Assembly: GCA_030167865.1 (NCBI GenBank)
Contig: JALAGF010001013.1
Span: 1 to 55,941 of the forward strand
Direction of reading: 5' to 3'
Source: Craspedostauros australis
Lineage: Eukaryota
Length of the DNA stretch: 55,941 bases
The translations under genes and the position numbers were made by a program. The notes below the pieces were generated by a model. It worked only from the letters and a program-made list of their open reading frames with translations. It did not search any database and had not been told where the DNA came from. Shown here piece by piece: positions 22,335 through 34,774 of the stretch. Position 1 is the stretch's first letter. Every line of letters begins with the position of its first letter.

Positions 22335-23909
22335 ATGGATCGTCGTCATCAACAACGCCGGCTTCATCAAGAGGGTGGCAAAGTCTACATTGGGAACGAT
22401 GCCAGCGCCCGCAACAACAAGAATAGCAACAACAGAAACAACAACAGAGGCGTCTCCGCTGCGCACTTCAATGATGTATGTTTCGGCAGACACGAGGAGA
22501 TGGTCTACGTCTCGCCGCCATCCTCGCCTGTAATCACATCAACGTCCGCAGCACAAGGCAAGCAAACCTGCAGCTTGACTCTCCCTGGCATTGGATCGGA
22601 TGAGGAGACAAACCGGATGATGATGATGCCGTACATCCAATTTTGCGCCGAAACGAAGCGCACGCAGCAAACCAAGCGGATGCCAAAGGCAGAAGTGAAG
22701 GAGGAAGAAGCAACAAGTAGCGATGAGAAAGGGGCTACGTCGATGCTACCACCTGGTCCAGTGCGGCCCCCAACGCGAAGAACAGCTTTTTCGTCATATG
22801 TCGATGCGATCAACCGCGCATCCCTCATCGTGCAGCATGACTCGCCGAGAGTTTCTGTCAGTTCTTCGCAAAGCAACACCGAAGGTGCTTTCCATCCGAT
22901 CTGCGGATCTCCGAACAGATCGTCGTTTTCATCGGCGCCGTCTTCGTCTTCGCTGCCGGCTGCGTCGGGACCATCGTCCATGCCTGCTCCACCCTTCCAA
23001 GCCCGACGTGGAACAGGTTGCAAGAGCCGTGACAAGATCGAATCGTCGCGCAGATCCTGTGGCTCAGCGACGAGACGCCGGCGCCGCTACGTCTCTATGA
23101 AGACAACGGGCAAGCATAGCGCAGTGGATGACTGCATGATCTACTACGCGAGAGATGAGAAGAACGCTGACATCCCCCAGGTCCTCGCCTGCGACGCACG
23201 ACCCATGCAGAGAGGCAGCGTCACCACAAGTGTATCCTCGCTCACATCCTCGTCAAGCTCTGAAGGTTACTACAAGACCTCCTCGGACCGGTATTCCAAC
23301 GAACAGACGTCGTCTCGCAACGGACTGACGGACTCGTCAAGCCATCGAAGATCTACCAGCGTGTTGCTGTCGGATGGAACGAAAGTCCCGCTCATCGGCG
23401 TCGAAGAGACCTGGCGAGCCATCGAGGATCGTGAGGAGCTGGCATCCGTCGCATGCTCGGATTGCGGCATTATCATGCACGGTCACATCGTCTCTTCGTA
23501 TCTGATCTGTCCGCGATGCCGTTCTCTGAGCCCGGTCGATCATCGCAGCAAATATGGTAGTGGCAACAAGCATGTAACGCGTAACGCCATGGAGTCGATG
23601 GAGGGACGCTCCATCTCTTGCGACTACGATGAGGGACCGTACCCGGCATGCTTCCCAGCAGGGAAGGCAACATCGGGCGCCGCTGTGGGGAGCGCAGCAA
23701 CGACACGCGCATCCACATCGTCCTCGTCTTCGTCGTCATCACCGTCGTCCTTGTCTTCGCAGGACTACGATCAGCATGCAGCAGCTCGCTACCGACCATC
23801 CAGCGCCATTCCAAGCAAGTCATGCGGACCATTCAGCGCCGGCACTCCGAACTGTGTCGGCTTGGGAATCATCCTTCCTCTGCTGGGCACTGGCCTTTGT
23901 GAGATCTAG
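22335..23909 (+). CDS. Ser-rich protein with C-terminal CxxC..CxxC zinc-ribbon-like domain (diatom-type hypothetical)
   Basis: The ORF is open from 21948; 22335 (MDRRHQQ) is the most plausible ATG. Conserved-looking block GTKVPLIGVEETWRAI..ACSDC..LICPRCRSLSPV and a terminal VGLGI. Confidence 0.72.
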   Translation: MDRRHQQRRLHQEGGKVYIGNDASARNNKNSNNRNNNRGVSAAHFNDVCFGRHEEMVYVSPPSSPVITSTSAAQGKQTCSLTLPGIGSDEETNRMMMMPYIQFCAETKRTQQTKRMPKAEVKEEEATSSDEKGATSMLPPGPVRPPTRRTAFSSYVDAINRASLIVQHDSPRVSVSSSQSNTEGAFHPICGSPNRSSFSSAPSSSSLPAASGPSSMPAPPFQARRGTGCKSRDKIESSRRSCGSATRRRRRYVSMKTTGKHSAVDDCMIYYARDEKNADIPQVLACDARPMQRGSVTTSVSSLTSSSSSEGYYKTSSDRYSNEQTSSRNGLTDSSSHRRSTSVLLSDGTKVPLIGVEETWRAIEDREELASVACSDCGIIMHGHIVSSYLICPRCRSLSPVDHRSKYGSGNKHVTRNAMESMEGRSISCDYDEGPYPACFPAGKATSGAAVGSAATTRASTSSSSSSSSPSSLSSQDYDQHAAARYRPSSAIPSKSCGPFSAGTPNCVGLGIILPLLGTGLCEI

Positions 23910-24526
23910 ATCAGGGTTGGAGACGTGCGCAGCAGCAGCGGAAGCGATGGTGGCGGCGGCGGCGGCGCTTACCGCACGGTGTTCATACACATGCATGTAC
24001 CATGTACCGATATGTGTCTTCTCAAGGGAAGAAGAATGGGTCTTCGATCAATGCCGCTTCCATACACAACCGCAGCGCAAGGCAACAATCACATGCTTCA
24101 TATACTCCAACGAAATGTAAATCAGGGAACAACCACTATAGACAGAAATATTGGACAAGGGAATCTAAACCACGCTCGCCTGCATTCAACTATGCAGCTG
24201 TCACACTGCAACAACCAAGAAGAAATGAAATGAAATCAAGAAGAGCATGTAGAGCAGGGCAGCAGACTCCATGGTCGAGGTGTATTGTTTATTAAGGCAA
24301 CGGCCGTCCACCCATGATATTGCGTATGTATACATACACGAATGCTGTCTATGTTTCGTATCCGACATATCGGCCTGCATGGGCATCTGCACCTGTTCGT
24401 TTTCATGCTCACGCCTGTACACCTACACACCTGCATGCCATTCCTCAGTATCCATGGTGATGTTCGTCGCCAGCGATACTTAATGGTGCCAGCGTGCCAT
24501 CGATGCCATCGATGCCACCGATATCA

Positions 24527-25102
24527 TCACCACTGTTGGAGGGGTTGGCCTGTCTTCTCCATCTCGATTCCTTCCTCGATCTTTGCCTGGGCCACTTCGA
24601 TTCCAGTTCGCACTTGCGCAGCCAACTCTTCGTCGGACAGATCGGCCATTTCCAAGACCGTCTCGCCCAATGCACACGCCACGTCCTTGCGCATGCTCTT
24701 GGCATAATTCTGACGATAAATCGGCACGATGGATCCATCCTCGAACCGCACATTCGTCGCGTACTTTTGGGCATGACCTTCCTTATCGGTGATCCCAAAG
24801 CGCACGCGCTCGTTGCGCACGAGGAAGGGTCGCACGTTGGATTCCTCCGTTGGCACGTCGCACACGACGGATGAGCAATGCACGAAGACGTCGCCCAGCT
24901 CCTGATCATCCGGCAGGATGAAACCGTAGGCCTTGTTGCGCATGTAGAACTTGACGATGCCCGTGTACTCTTCGGTGGAAGATGACAGCGACCGCATGGC
25001 GCATGAGGATGAGGCCGTCCATTGCGGGAGCAGCCGCGCTTGGGCAAGCGGCGCCTGGATCTGCGCGGATCGGCGGACAGTTCGGCACGCCAAATGGAAC
25101 AT
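24527..25102 (-). CDS. Cold-shock domain protein with putative mitochondrial presequence
   Basis: YTGIVKFYMRNKAYGFI (RNP1-like), DVFVHCS (RNP2-like), ERVRF..ATNV. The N-terminus is Arg-rich and lacks acidic residues, ending in MRSLSS. Confidence 0.88.
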   Translation of the reverse strand: MFHLACRTVRRSAQIQAPLAQARLLPQWTASSSCAMRSLSSSTEEYTGIVKFYMRNKAYGFILPDDQELGDVFVHCSSVVCDVPTEESNVRPFLVRNERVRFGITDKEGHAQKYATNVRFEDGSIVPIYRQNYAKSMRKDVACALGETVLEMADLSDEELAAQVRTGIEVAQAKIEEGIEMEKTGQPLQQW

Positions 25103-25538
25103 AATTGCAACGCAGAGCAAAATAATAAGTTATTACACGTGTTGGACGGTGCGAGTGGATGGAGAGATGGGTTTGCTATGGCATGATGGTTTCGTTGGGA
25201 ATCATTGAATGATCGAGGGTCCTCGCAGGATCTTGTCGCTGTTCTGTTCTGTCGTCATGTCGTTGCGTCGTACAGCAACAGATCTTTCCTGGTTTTCGTG
25301 TCGCGATTGAAACAAACACGAACTTCGGATGCAAGGACAGACACAGCAACGTCAGAAAAATGAGAAACAAAACTACACAGTTACATATACTCTACCGCAC
25401 CTCCAAGATGGTGACATTGTTGAAATCGCGTCACTCGCTTGATGTCGGCTATCCCACCACATCGCACCACGAGTCCTGCGCCCAAGAACGGCACGCATAC
25501 CGTACCATCGTTGGATATCGCTTGCACCGATCAAAGGC

Positions 25539-26840
25539 ATGAGCCACTGCACTCGCCCGCTCAATCGAACCAACTGGATGCGCGGTTGCAACTCGCACGC
25601 TGTCTTCCTAGCGACGGCATTGGGATTGTTGCAAAGGAATCCGCTGCTTTCCGAGGCAGCCCTGATCGGTCGCTCCAATCGTCTTTCTACTCGTACGCAG
25701 ATACTCGCCGGTGGTCGCTGCCAGCACTTTTCTTCTGTTGCAGCGAATCAACTGACCATTCGATTGTCGTCGCCGTCAGCAACAGCACACAGTAGAAAAG
25801 GAAGCATCGCATCGAGAAGCATGTCGGGTTCATCGGCAAACAACGCATCGACTCCGGCGCCGCCGTTAGTGGATGTGGATTGCAACCTCTGGCACAAGGA
25901 TCTGGTGTCCCTCCTCCCGGCCACAACGGACGGCGGCAACGGCAACGACGATCCATGGCAGATCCTGTCGGAGGATGCCATCGAGGATGCCAACATCGTG
26001 GCCATGCTATCACCGTCAAGCACCATCCAAGAGGCGCAAGCAGGATTGTTGAAACTGCAGCAATCCAAACCACCGTTGGAAATACGAACGACGGTCGGCG
26101 TTCATCCGTACCATGTGCGCGATGATGATCTCCTTCACGACCCATCTGGTGGAATGACGATTGATGATCATGTTCACACGGTCATGAAAAGGATTCTGAC
26201 CGATGAAGCCAATGCACCGTGGTGCGCTGCGGTTGGCGAGTGCGGATTGGATGCCAGCGAAGGTTTCCCGCCGATCGATGATCAAATACCATGGTTTCGA
26301 AAGCAGGTGGAATTGGCAGAGGAACTGCAGCTGCCGCTCTTCGTCCATGAACGACTGGCATTCGAACAGACCATGGATGTGCTCAAGACAACTACCGTTC
26401 CCGTCATCATCCATTGCTTCACTGGTACTCAGGATCAGTGTCGGCAGTACATCGACCGTGGCTACTTCGTGTCCGTCTCTGGCTTCATCCTCAAGGAGAA
26501 TGCCGACAACTGCGACGAGGTTCGCAAGTGCCTGTCGGAAGGGATCCTCCCGCTCGAGAGGCTGATGATCGAGACGGATTCGCCGTACATGGGATTCACG
26601 AACTGCCGCCAATGGTACGTCGAACATAACCAGGAACTCATCAGCTCCGCATTGAACTCGAAGAAACGAAAGAGGTTGGTGCAGTCCATGTATCCCAACG
26701 TCCCCACGTCGCTGCTGGGAGTGCTGGACAAGGTCGTGGAGTGCCTGCAGCAGCATGATCAGTCGATCACGAAAGATCAGGTCGCAGCGGCGACCACCGC
26801 AAACGCAAAGAGCTTCTTCGGCTTCAAATTTGGAGAGTGA
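25539..26840 (+). CDS. tatD: TatD-family metal-dependent DNase (TATDN1-like) with N-terminal extension
   Basis: Motifs VDVDCNL, TTVGVHP, AVGECGLD, LPLFVHER, IIHCFTG, LMIETDSPY and TTANAKSFF. Confidence 0.92.
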   Translation: MSHCTRPLNRTNWMRGCNSHAVFLATALGLLQRNPLLSEAALIGRSNRLSTRTQILAGGRCQHFSSVAANQLTIRLSSPSATAHSRKGSIASRSMSGSSANNASTPAPPLVDVDCNLWHKDLVSLLPATTDGGNGNDDPWQILSEDAIEDANIVAMLSPSSTIQEAQAGLLKLQQSKPPLEIRTTVGVHPYHVRDDDLLHDPSGGMTIDDHVHTVMKRILTDEANAPWCAAVGECGLDASEGFPPIDDQIPWFRKQVELAEELQLPLFVHERLAFEQTMDVLKTTTVPVIIHCFTGTQDQCRQYIDRGYFVSVSGFILKENADNCDEVRKCLSEGILPLERLMIETDSPYMGFTNCRQWYVEHNQELISSALNSKKRKRLVQSMYPNVPTSLLGVLDKVVECLQQHDQSITKDQVAAATTANAKSFFGFKFGE

Positions 26841-27221
26841 GGGATGATGTCAGCCAAGTAAATGGAGAGCTATGAGTGCCTATCCACTCAACTCCACTCC
26901 ACTCCACACAGCAACAATAACGTGAACGGCATCGGAACAACACCTGACGATACTCGTACGTGGGTACTCGGCCAGAGAGGCTTGCTTGACAAGACCTTAT
27001 GTCTATTTGTACATGTCTAGAGATTTTTGTGTTTTGTTCGGATTCAGGAGAAAGGGTCTAACGTAGCACGTACTGGTCCCTGCCATCTCTTGGGCCGTTC
27101 GCTCGTTCATTCGTTTGCCCGCTTGGGTGCAGGGCTGTCCACGACGACTGACACGTCAAAATATGACGACTCAGGCCATCATCTTCCGACGAGTACGCTG
27201 TTCGAATGAAGTCGAAGGCAA

Positions 27222-30200
27222 TCAGTGCAGTCTCTTCACCAGCTTTTGGATCACGAGGCGAATCGCTTCGTTCTCCGTGTGGATGCACGAGCTCAGTACC
27301 GGATTGAGCCACGACATGCAAGCCAGCCGCTCATCGGACAGCTTGTCGTAACTGGCCAGCATCTCCTTCATCAGAGTGGAGAGGCGTCCGAAGACGACGA
27401 TATCCGCAGCGAATTTCTTGCCATCCTTTGCCAACTCTGCTTCCAGCTGCAGGAATGCGGACACCAACGACTGCGTTTGCTGTTTGATGACGGTCTGCGC
27501 ATTGGGCTCTCCCTTGTCGCTGTTACCTTCATCGGGAATGGGGTCCGTGGCTGCAGGATCCTTCGAGGATGCCAGCTGCAGGAGATAGCGGTTCATGGCC
27601 TTGCGTGCAAAGCACGCTGTCTCCAAGTAGTGCGGTGGATTGTGCCCTCTGGGTTTCGACTTGTCCTTGTGCTCGTGGAGGAGCTGCGCGGCGCGTTCCC
27701 ACTGGAGGATCGCCTTGCCGACACCCGCCACCATCATCACGCGCCATTGCAAGCCAAGCGTGCTTGCAAATCGTTCGCTGTCCAGGAACACCGTGATGAC
27801 CATCACAGCGCTGGCACCAATGTACCGACGGTCGGCCAGCATGTTGTCTTCCAACACGAACTCCAACCCATCTTCATTCGCACTCTGTTCCTGGTCTTCT
27901 GATTGCCCTTGTGCCTGCTGCTGTTCCTGCTCGTTGTCAGCCTGTTCCTGTGGTTGCTCTGCTGTTGCTTCGTCGCCACCGGCTGCAGATGCCGTTCCTG
28001 CCGCATCTGCTTCCTTGGCTGATTTCCGTCTCGTTGATGCTGCCGGTGTCGCCGGCGCTGCCGCCTGTGGCAACGAACGTACCGCCAAGCAACGTGTCAG
28101 CATGTGACTGACGGTCGCCCAGGTTTCATCGGTGAAGGCGCTGGGCTTGAGATCGCTGGCGATGAACTGCTCCAATCGATGGAGGCCCCGCACGGCCAAG
28201 GCTCCAGAATCTGACAGCAGGCAAGTATTCAGCATGGCGAAGATCTCTTCACCCAACGAGTCATCGCTTGTTGCGCGAACATACCTGATGCACAGGCTGA
28301 TGCAACCATCCATGAATTGATCGAACATCTGGTCGAGCCAGTGGTTCCTGCTGCCTCCACTGCTGCTTCCTTCGTCCTTGTTTTCCCCACCCTTGACGGC
28401 GGTCAGAAAACGATCAAAGTCCTGGGGCGTTTCCGGAGCCTTGCCTTCGCCTGGTCCGACTTCACCAAATTCCAAAACGGGTGTCAGGATGCCACGGAAG
28501 ATCAGCTGCAAGGTTTGCAAGGTCTGTGATGCACCATCGGCGCCAGCGCTCTCCTTCGGCAGGAAGTTGGTGTTGATGATCTCGAACACGGCTTCCAAAC
28601 TCTTACGCTGCAGCTTCTTGCGGTCGTCTCCGATGGATTTCGAGAGTCCCAGCATGATCGGCCACCACAGCTCGAGCGCTTGCTTTGGATCGCTGTTCTT
28701 CTTGTCGACGGCACCGTCAGAAGCTGACGATGACGCTGCCGCTGTTGCGGTGCTTGCTCGTTTCCTCACGATTGGAAGAGCGAAAGACTCGTCGGCAAGG
28801 AACGTGGACAAAGACGTCAGATGATCGATGCACACCAGACTCATTTCCTCATGGGGCCCGCTTACAAACATCAGCAGGGCATCGACCAAATCCACGAAGC
28901 GTTCTGCGAGAAGGACACCAGCCGTCGATTGGCCAGCGTGAGTGGTTTGTGACAGACACTGAGCCAGCTGGCGAGCCAGCATGTTGAACCCGAGCTTGGC
29001 CACGTCCGAGTCAGCATCCTGGCCAGCAAGGCCGATCACCGTGAGGATCGGATTCCATCCGGACCGCAGCTTCCCACCGTTGGGACTGCCTGGTGAACCG
29101 AACATCAGGATGATGCGTTCCACGCACTTCAGCAACAGTTCCTTCGTCGTGGTGAGCTGACTTCGAGACATCACCGACTCCAGTGGCTTCAGGAATCGTT
29201 TTTGGAACTCGAACGAGCCAAGCTCATCGCGCTGCAGGTATTGGATGCTCAGTTGTCGGAAGGAGTCGACTGCGTACATGGCGATTGCGGGATTCGGTTG
29301 CAATGCTGTGCTGGTCAAATGAGCCGCGACTGTCGCCCAAATATCAGCGAATACCAACCGCGGTCGCGAGTCCATGTTGTAATGCGTCACCTCCACCAGC
29401 TTTTGGAGGTTGTAAATGTTCGGTTGGTGATGGTGGAAACCTTCGCCGCCTTCGGCGCTGGGACTGGTTGTCAACAAGGAATGATGGCGTCTGTAGTGGA
29501 CCTGGGTGAGATCCACCGCGTTGGCATCACTTCCAACGTGACCTCCGTAATGAGAGATCTCCATCCTGGAGACTCTGCAGAGTTGGTACACGAACTCCTT
29601 GACAGCGTTGGTGCTGAGCGACGAGGAGCGTTCGTAAATGGCCTCGATCAGGGCTTCCGACACGGCTTCGTACACGGTCCGTGCGTTGGCCTCATCTATC
29701 TCCTTCTTGTCCATCTCGTCCTCATCGAAATCCATATCCTCATCTGCGAACAAGGTTTCACCGATGGAGAGGTTGCTGTCGCTTGCACCACCTGCGCTGC
29801 TGACGGAAGTGTCGTCAAGGGCTTCGTTTGCCTCCTGCGCTGCGAGTCTCTCCTTGCGCTCATTTATCTTCCTTTCGCGTTCCTCAAGTCTCGCCTTCCT
29901 CCGGCTGGCAGCCGCGGCGGCCACGCGGTCGTTTCTGGCCAACAGCTGGAACAGCTGATGGTACCTGTTGACTTCGCTCAGTGCGCTGAAGACGTGCTCC
30001 CAGCTGCTGCCCAACAGCTCGCCGTCGGAGCGTGCGAGACCGAGCATCGTTTGGATGCATCGAACATGGCGTGGCTCAAGCAGCATTCCGGTTCCCAGAT
30101 GCGAAAACCGTGTAAGCGCCAGCATGTACGAATCTCGTGCGATGTCGTTGCCGCAAAGGCCAGCGGTGCAGATCGCAAACCGGAATCCCGTGAGACAGAC

Positions 30201-33200
30201 TTCGATGGTCTCAGCGGCATTCTCAGCCGCCTGCTCGAGTTCATCGTCGGTGGCGATGGCGATCAACGTGCCCACTGTGCCGTTGGCAGATTCGATGGCG
30301 GTGGAGAAGGCAGCCAGAGCCGGTCCCCAAGTCACTTCGAACATCGGCGAGACGTACTCATCGCGCAAGCCGCTGTCCTCCGTTCTCACGTATCGCACTG
30401 GACGAGGTGTCGTGGAGAGCTTGCGCTTCGGGCTCTTGCCCGGTTCGCTGATGGAACCATGCCGCCTTCGCTTCAGCAGCGATTCGGTTGTTCGGACGAT
30501 GTGGTCACGTTCCTTTTGGAAGTTGTTCTCCTTTGTCCTATCAAGTTCTTCGTAACGGCTGCCGAAGAAGGCTGCGGGGTTCAGGGCTCCCTGCAACCCT
30601 CCTGGTCCAGCGGTGCCATCTCCAGCACCTGCACGCTCTCTTGCTTCGTCATCTTCCTTCAGACTGAATGGATTTGCTTTGATGCGATCGTAGATGGCCA
30701 TCAAGAAGTCCTTCGGCAGATCATTGCCGTCGCAGATTCCTCTATTGTTGCGGATGAAGCCGTCCTTGGTCATCTTCTTCTCCTCCTTGATGGCTGGGTT
30801 GTGCAGATCTGTGTTGAGCATGATGGTGGAGAAAGCCAGGATGAAGGCGACGTCGGCTGTTGGGAACACCTCAGGATTCTGCGCGGTGTATCGTTCGGCG
30901 AATTTCTCCATGATTCGGTCAATCTGCGTACCATAGCAACGGAAAATGCGATTTCGTTGTTGTCGTTGTCGTGGCGTTGGCATTGACGGAAGTGGATGGA
31001 AGCGAATGCAAAGGGTTGCAATGAATGGGGTGAGCGGTTGCATGCATTTGGCAGAAACGAAGATACATTACATTACATTGCAAGCACAGCCATTCAATTG
31101 TACATTTCACTGTACATCCAATACTGCTCGTTCATTTGTGCAAGGCAGGCTTGAATTGCATATTCCTTGCCGTTTTGTGCTTTCAAGGAAATAACGCATC
31201 ACCATATGATGCAAGCATTTGGATCGCTCACCTTTTGGGCTTCACCTGGCAAACGGAATCCACTGAGGTAGTACCGAATGGCGTCGTCGAACATAAGCTC
31301 GGTGAAGTCCATGTGATTGACGTATTCGTGCAGCACCTTGAGGGAGAATCCTTGCTGGTAGTCCGGTTCCCGCCCCAAGTACTCTCCGATCTGCGTCTTG
31401 TCGATGGAGTCCTTCATCTTCAGCAAGTACCCGGCGACGTCCGTGGCATCAGAGGCATCCACATGTCCACACTTGCCAGCGAATGCGATACCCGCCGACG
31501 GCTTTTGATTGAACCGCAGCACGACTTCCGACTCTTCCTCTCGCCGTTTCTTTTTGGAGTCATAGATCTGAACAAGGGTTTTCTTCTGGGCTGATTTCTT
31601 GGCAGGAGGCTTCTTCGCCGCGCCATTCTTCGAATCGGTCTTGTCGTCACTGTCGTTGCCGTTGCCTTCACCAGCGTCACCATCGCCTGCGCCATTGCTA
31701 TCATCCTTGAGTTTGCTGTCTTGCTTGGGTTCGTTGCTGCTGGACTTGTCGGATCGTGCCTTCATTGGGACGACGATACTGGCGTGCAAGGAGGCCAGAA
31801 CCTGACGCAAGGCGCGCATGGCCACCAATCGCAGGTCACGATGAGTGCGCCGCAGCTTTTCCATGCGAGCGGCGCCTGCACCGGCCACCAAGCTGAGGGT
31901 TGATGTGGCGGTTGCGGATATTCCGGCAGAATCATGATCGAGTTCCGTGCTCTTGCTGACCTTCGACAATGTGTTGACGATGCGGTGGAAGAGGTCGACG
32001 GCGCTGAGGTCGCAATCGTAATTGAGGAAGATCTCGGCTAAGGTCGCCGGGTCTGAGCAGATCTCTTCGAACAGTGTCACGACCAATGCCTTGTGCTCGA
32101 TGGGGGAGTTCTTGGAATCCAAAATGACGAAGAAGACGTTGGTGACGAAGGCCTCGATTTCCGTTTTGAGGATGGAGCGAAAGTTGCGAACGATGGGGAC
32201 GAAGACGCGTAGTGATAAGTTGACGACGCGGGTGTCGTCCATCGTGCAATTCTTGAGCAGGGAGACGCAGAGGTAGTTGCGGATAGCATAATGGAATTGC
32301 GGACCGCAGTGTTGCAGGAACGTGCCCTTCATGTCTGTGTTGGATAGCACGTAGAGGAGCAGATCCAACGCCAAGAGCTTGGAGGCGAGTGCCGGGTGGA
32401 TGGCCTGGGTGTAAATCAGGGATGCGCTGGAGGACGAGTCCTGGACGGGCGACATGACGTCTCCATCCCTCCTTCCAGCATCATCCTTGCGCGGAGTGGC
32501 GCTCATGGCGCCTGGTGGCACGGCGGAGGAGTCGTTGGCATCCCAGAGCGTGTTGGAGCCGCTGGTTTGCAGGCCAACGTGCGAATGCCGATTGGGATCC
32601 TGCGGTGGGCTTCGCATGCTGAGTTTGCATAGACTTCGCAAGACAAGGAACGCATCCCTGTGATTTTCGGTTGGGAACTCCTCCTTGCCGTGGTAGTGGT
32701 GGTTGTGTTGAGAGGATCCGTTGGATCCATCGTGAGGATCATGATCTGGGCTCGTTAGCGATGACGGTGTTTCGATCTGGCTGGATACGCTACTGCTCTT
32801 GACTGGTGTACTGTAAGAGGGAATACTGGACGCCGCAGAGCTGGAATTCGCAAGCGTGACCGCGGAGGCACTCGCGATCATACGAACGAAGACGGAAGTG
32901 ACGAGTTGCTGCAACGAAGCCCTTGCGGTTGTTTGGTTGGCCTTGACCGTGGTGGTGAGGTAGACGTGGTATAGAACACGGATGGATTGCAGGAGGTAGG
33001 TGCCGCGCAACATGGCTGTCGGAATATCATTGTTCTTGTCTGTCTTGCCATTGACACTGGCACTGGCGGATGACGATGATGCCGCAGAACCAGTGCCACC
33101 GCGACAGCCTGTGCTGAGCAAGAACTTCATGGCCGAAAGCTCCATGCATCCGATGCTGAGATCGGCGCTGAAGACGGACTCTGCCAGGAGATGAACGATC

Positions 33201-34774
33201 GAGATGGTCTTCGCGTTGCTCGTGGAATCCACCGTCTCAGCATCGGCATCGTCACCCGCAGCGGAGGCAGAAGCGGCGCCTCCACCTGATTTGAGAATGA
33301 CCAGTTGCACTTCGTCCAAGCAGCCGTGCGTGACCAAGGAGGTGGCCGTGTCCAATGCCCACGCCAAAAGCTGGGCGAATTCTGCGTACGCCGCCTGTCC
33401 CGTCTCAGCCTGTGACTCGACGAGGAAGGCGCTGGCATGACTCCAGACCTTGCAGAGATGGCTGAAGGCAGCAAGCGCAACGGCGGCCTTTTCCTGCGTA
33501 TCGCCGGACTGTCCCATGATGGAGTTGATGGTGGCGTCGGTGGATGACGTCTGAAGCTGATTGGCACCTTTTTCATCGTAGGGATCGTCGACATCGTCTT
33601 CCTTGACGATGCACTCCAGGAACTCCTGGTAGGGATTGAACTTTCTCTTTTCGGCTGGATTGGTGGCGGGCGTGGTGGTTGAGAAGAGGTACTGAAAGAA
33701 TGTAGCGGTTTTGGATCCTCCAAACTCGGCGGGGACCATGGGTCTGGACTTGCGCGCGAACTTGCGGAAGAGGCGAAGTGCAACATCCGCGTGTGGAACA
33801 GGCGTGTCCGGATGGATCATCCCAGGACCCGAGCTGACCGTAGTGACAGAGGGCGTCGCCCTGGCAACTGGGTGGGATTGTTGATTGCTGATGGGAGGAA
33901 CTCGCTTCTTTGTGGCAGACTCTGCCGTCGTCACGGTCTTCGGCGTTGCTGCTTTCGGTGTCGATGTTTTTGGTGTTGACTGGGTTGGTGTTGGCGCTGG
34001 AGCCTGCGGTTTCTGAGGTGTTGCCGGAAGTGGCTGTGATGGGGCCTGCGTCTTCCGTGATGGCGGAGCCTTGTTGGATGCACCATTCGCTTTGGCAGGT
34101 GTTGTCGGCTGAGGTTCCTCTTCGCTGATGCTGCCAACTGGTTTGTCCACGCTGGGCGTCGCAAGACCAAGCGGGTTTTGACCGCTGAGCGGGGAGGCTG
34201 CAGCGGTGCCCGGCTTGGCGGCAACTGTCGACCTCCTCTTCTTTTTGGTCGCAGCGACTGTCGTTGTGGCCTTTGGAAATGATTTGGACGGCGACGGCGA
34301 GGAAGAAGCTTGCCCCTGTTCCGTGGATGCTGCTGATGCGGTTGAGGACGATCGTGGTGGAGAGCTCATTGATGGCACGGCAGGGTGGGATCTGGAAACG
34401 CTGGTTGACGCCTTTGTTGGAGTTGCTGTCGATGAAGCCTCGGAGACGACTGATGAGACCGATGTGACCCGCGACTGCGCAGCCGGTTGTGCTGGGCTTG
34501 GCACGATGGGTTGCGATGCGGTCGTCTGGACATTAGCGCCGTTGGCAGACGAGGAACCTGACGCCATCATTCCGAGAAGCTTGTCCGTGAGAGGCGCATC
34601 TCGTCCCGCCTGGCCATTGGATGTAGTGGGTGCATGAGCGAGCGATGGGAGGGGCGCGCCTCCATTGACCGCAACAGCACCGTTGGTGGATGACGATGTC
34701 GATGCCTGCTTGGGAGGGCTGGATGGCGCGATGCTGAGCCCCGCGAAGAGGTCGGCGCCGCCGTTTGATGCCAT
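27222..34774 (-). CDS. Large Sec7-domain ARF guanine-nucleotide exchange factor (BIG/Sec7 type), 2 exons, about 2414 aa
   Basis: Exons 34774-31232 and 30923-27222. Intron 31231-30924 (GTGAGC..CAG, phase 0) rebuilds the catalytic FRLPGEAQK|IDRIMEKFA. Also present: HUS box FLNYDCDL, DAFLVLRSLCKLS, IMLNTDLHNP, and HDS-type LQKLVEVTHYNM, AVDSFRQL, LRSGW. Confidence 0.95.

Noticed and set aside
29202..30986. Long antisense ORFs (594 aa here; also 3212-4303, 17389-18276, 39356-40762, 51621-52631)
   Set aside because: They are shadows of well-supported genes on the opposite strand, caused by GC3-rich codon usage.
17375..31231. Two predicted introns are both exactly 308 nt (17375-17682 and 30924-31231), suggesting an introner-like element
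   Set aside because: Their sequences show no visible similarity, terminal repeats or target-site duplications.
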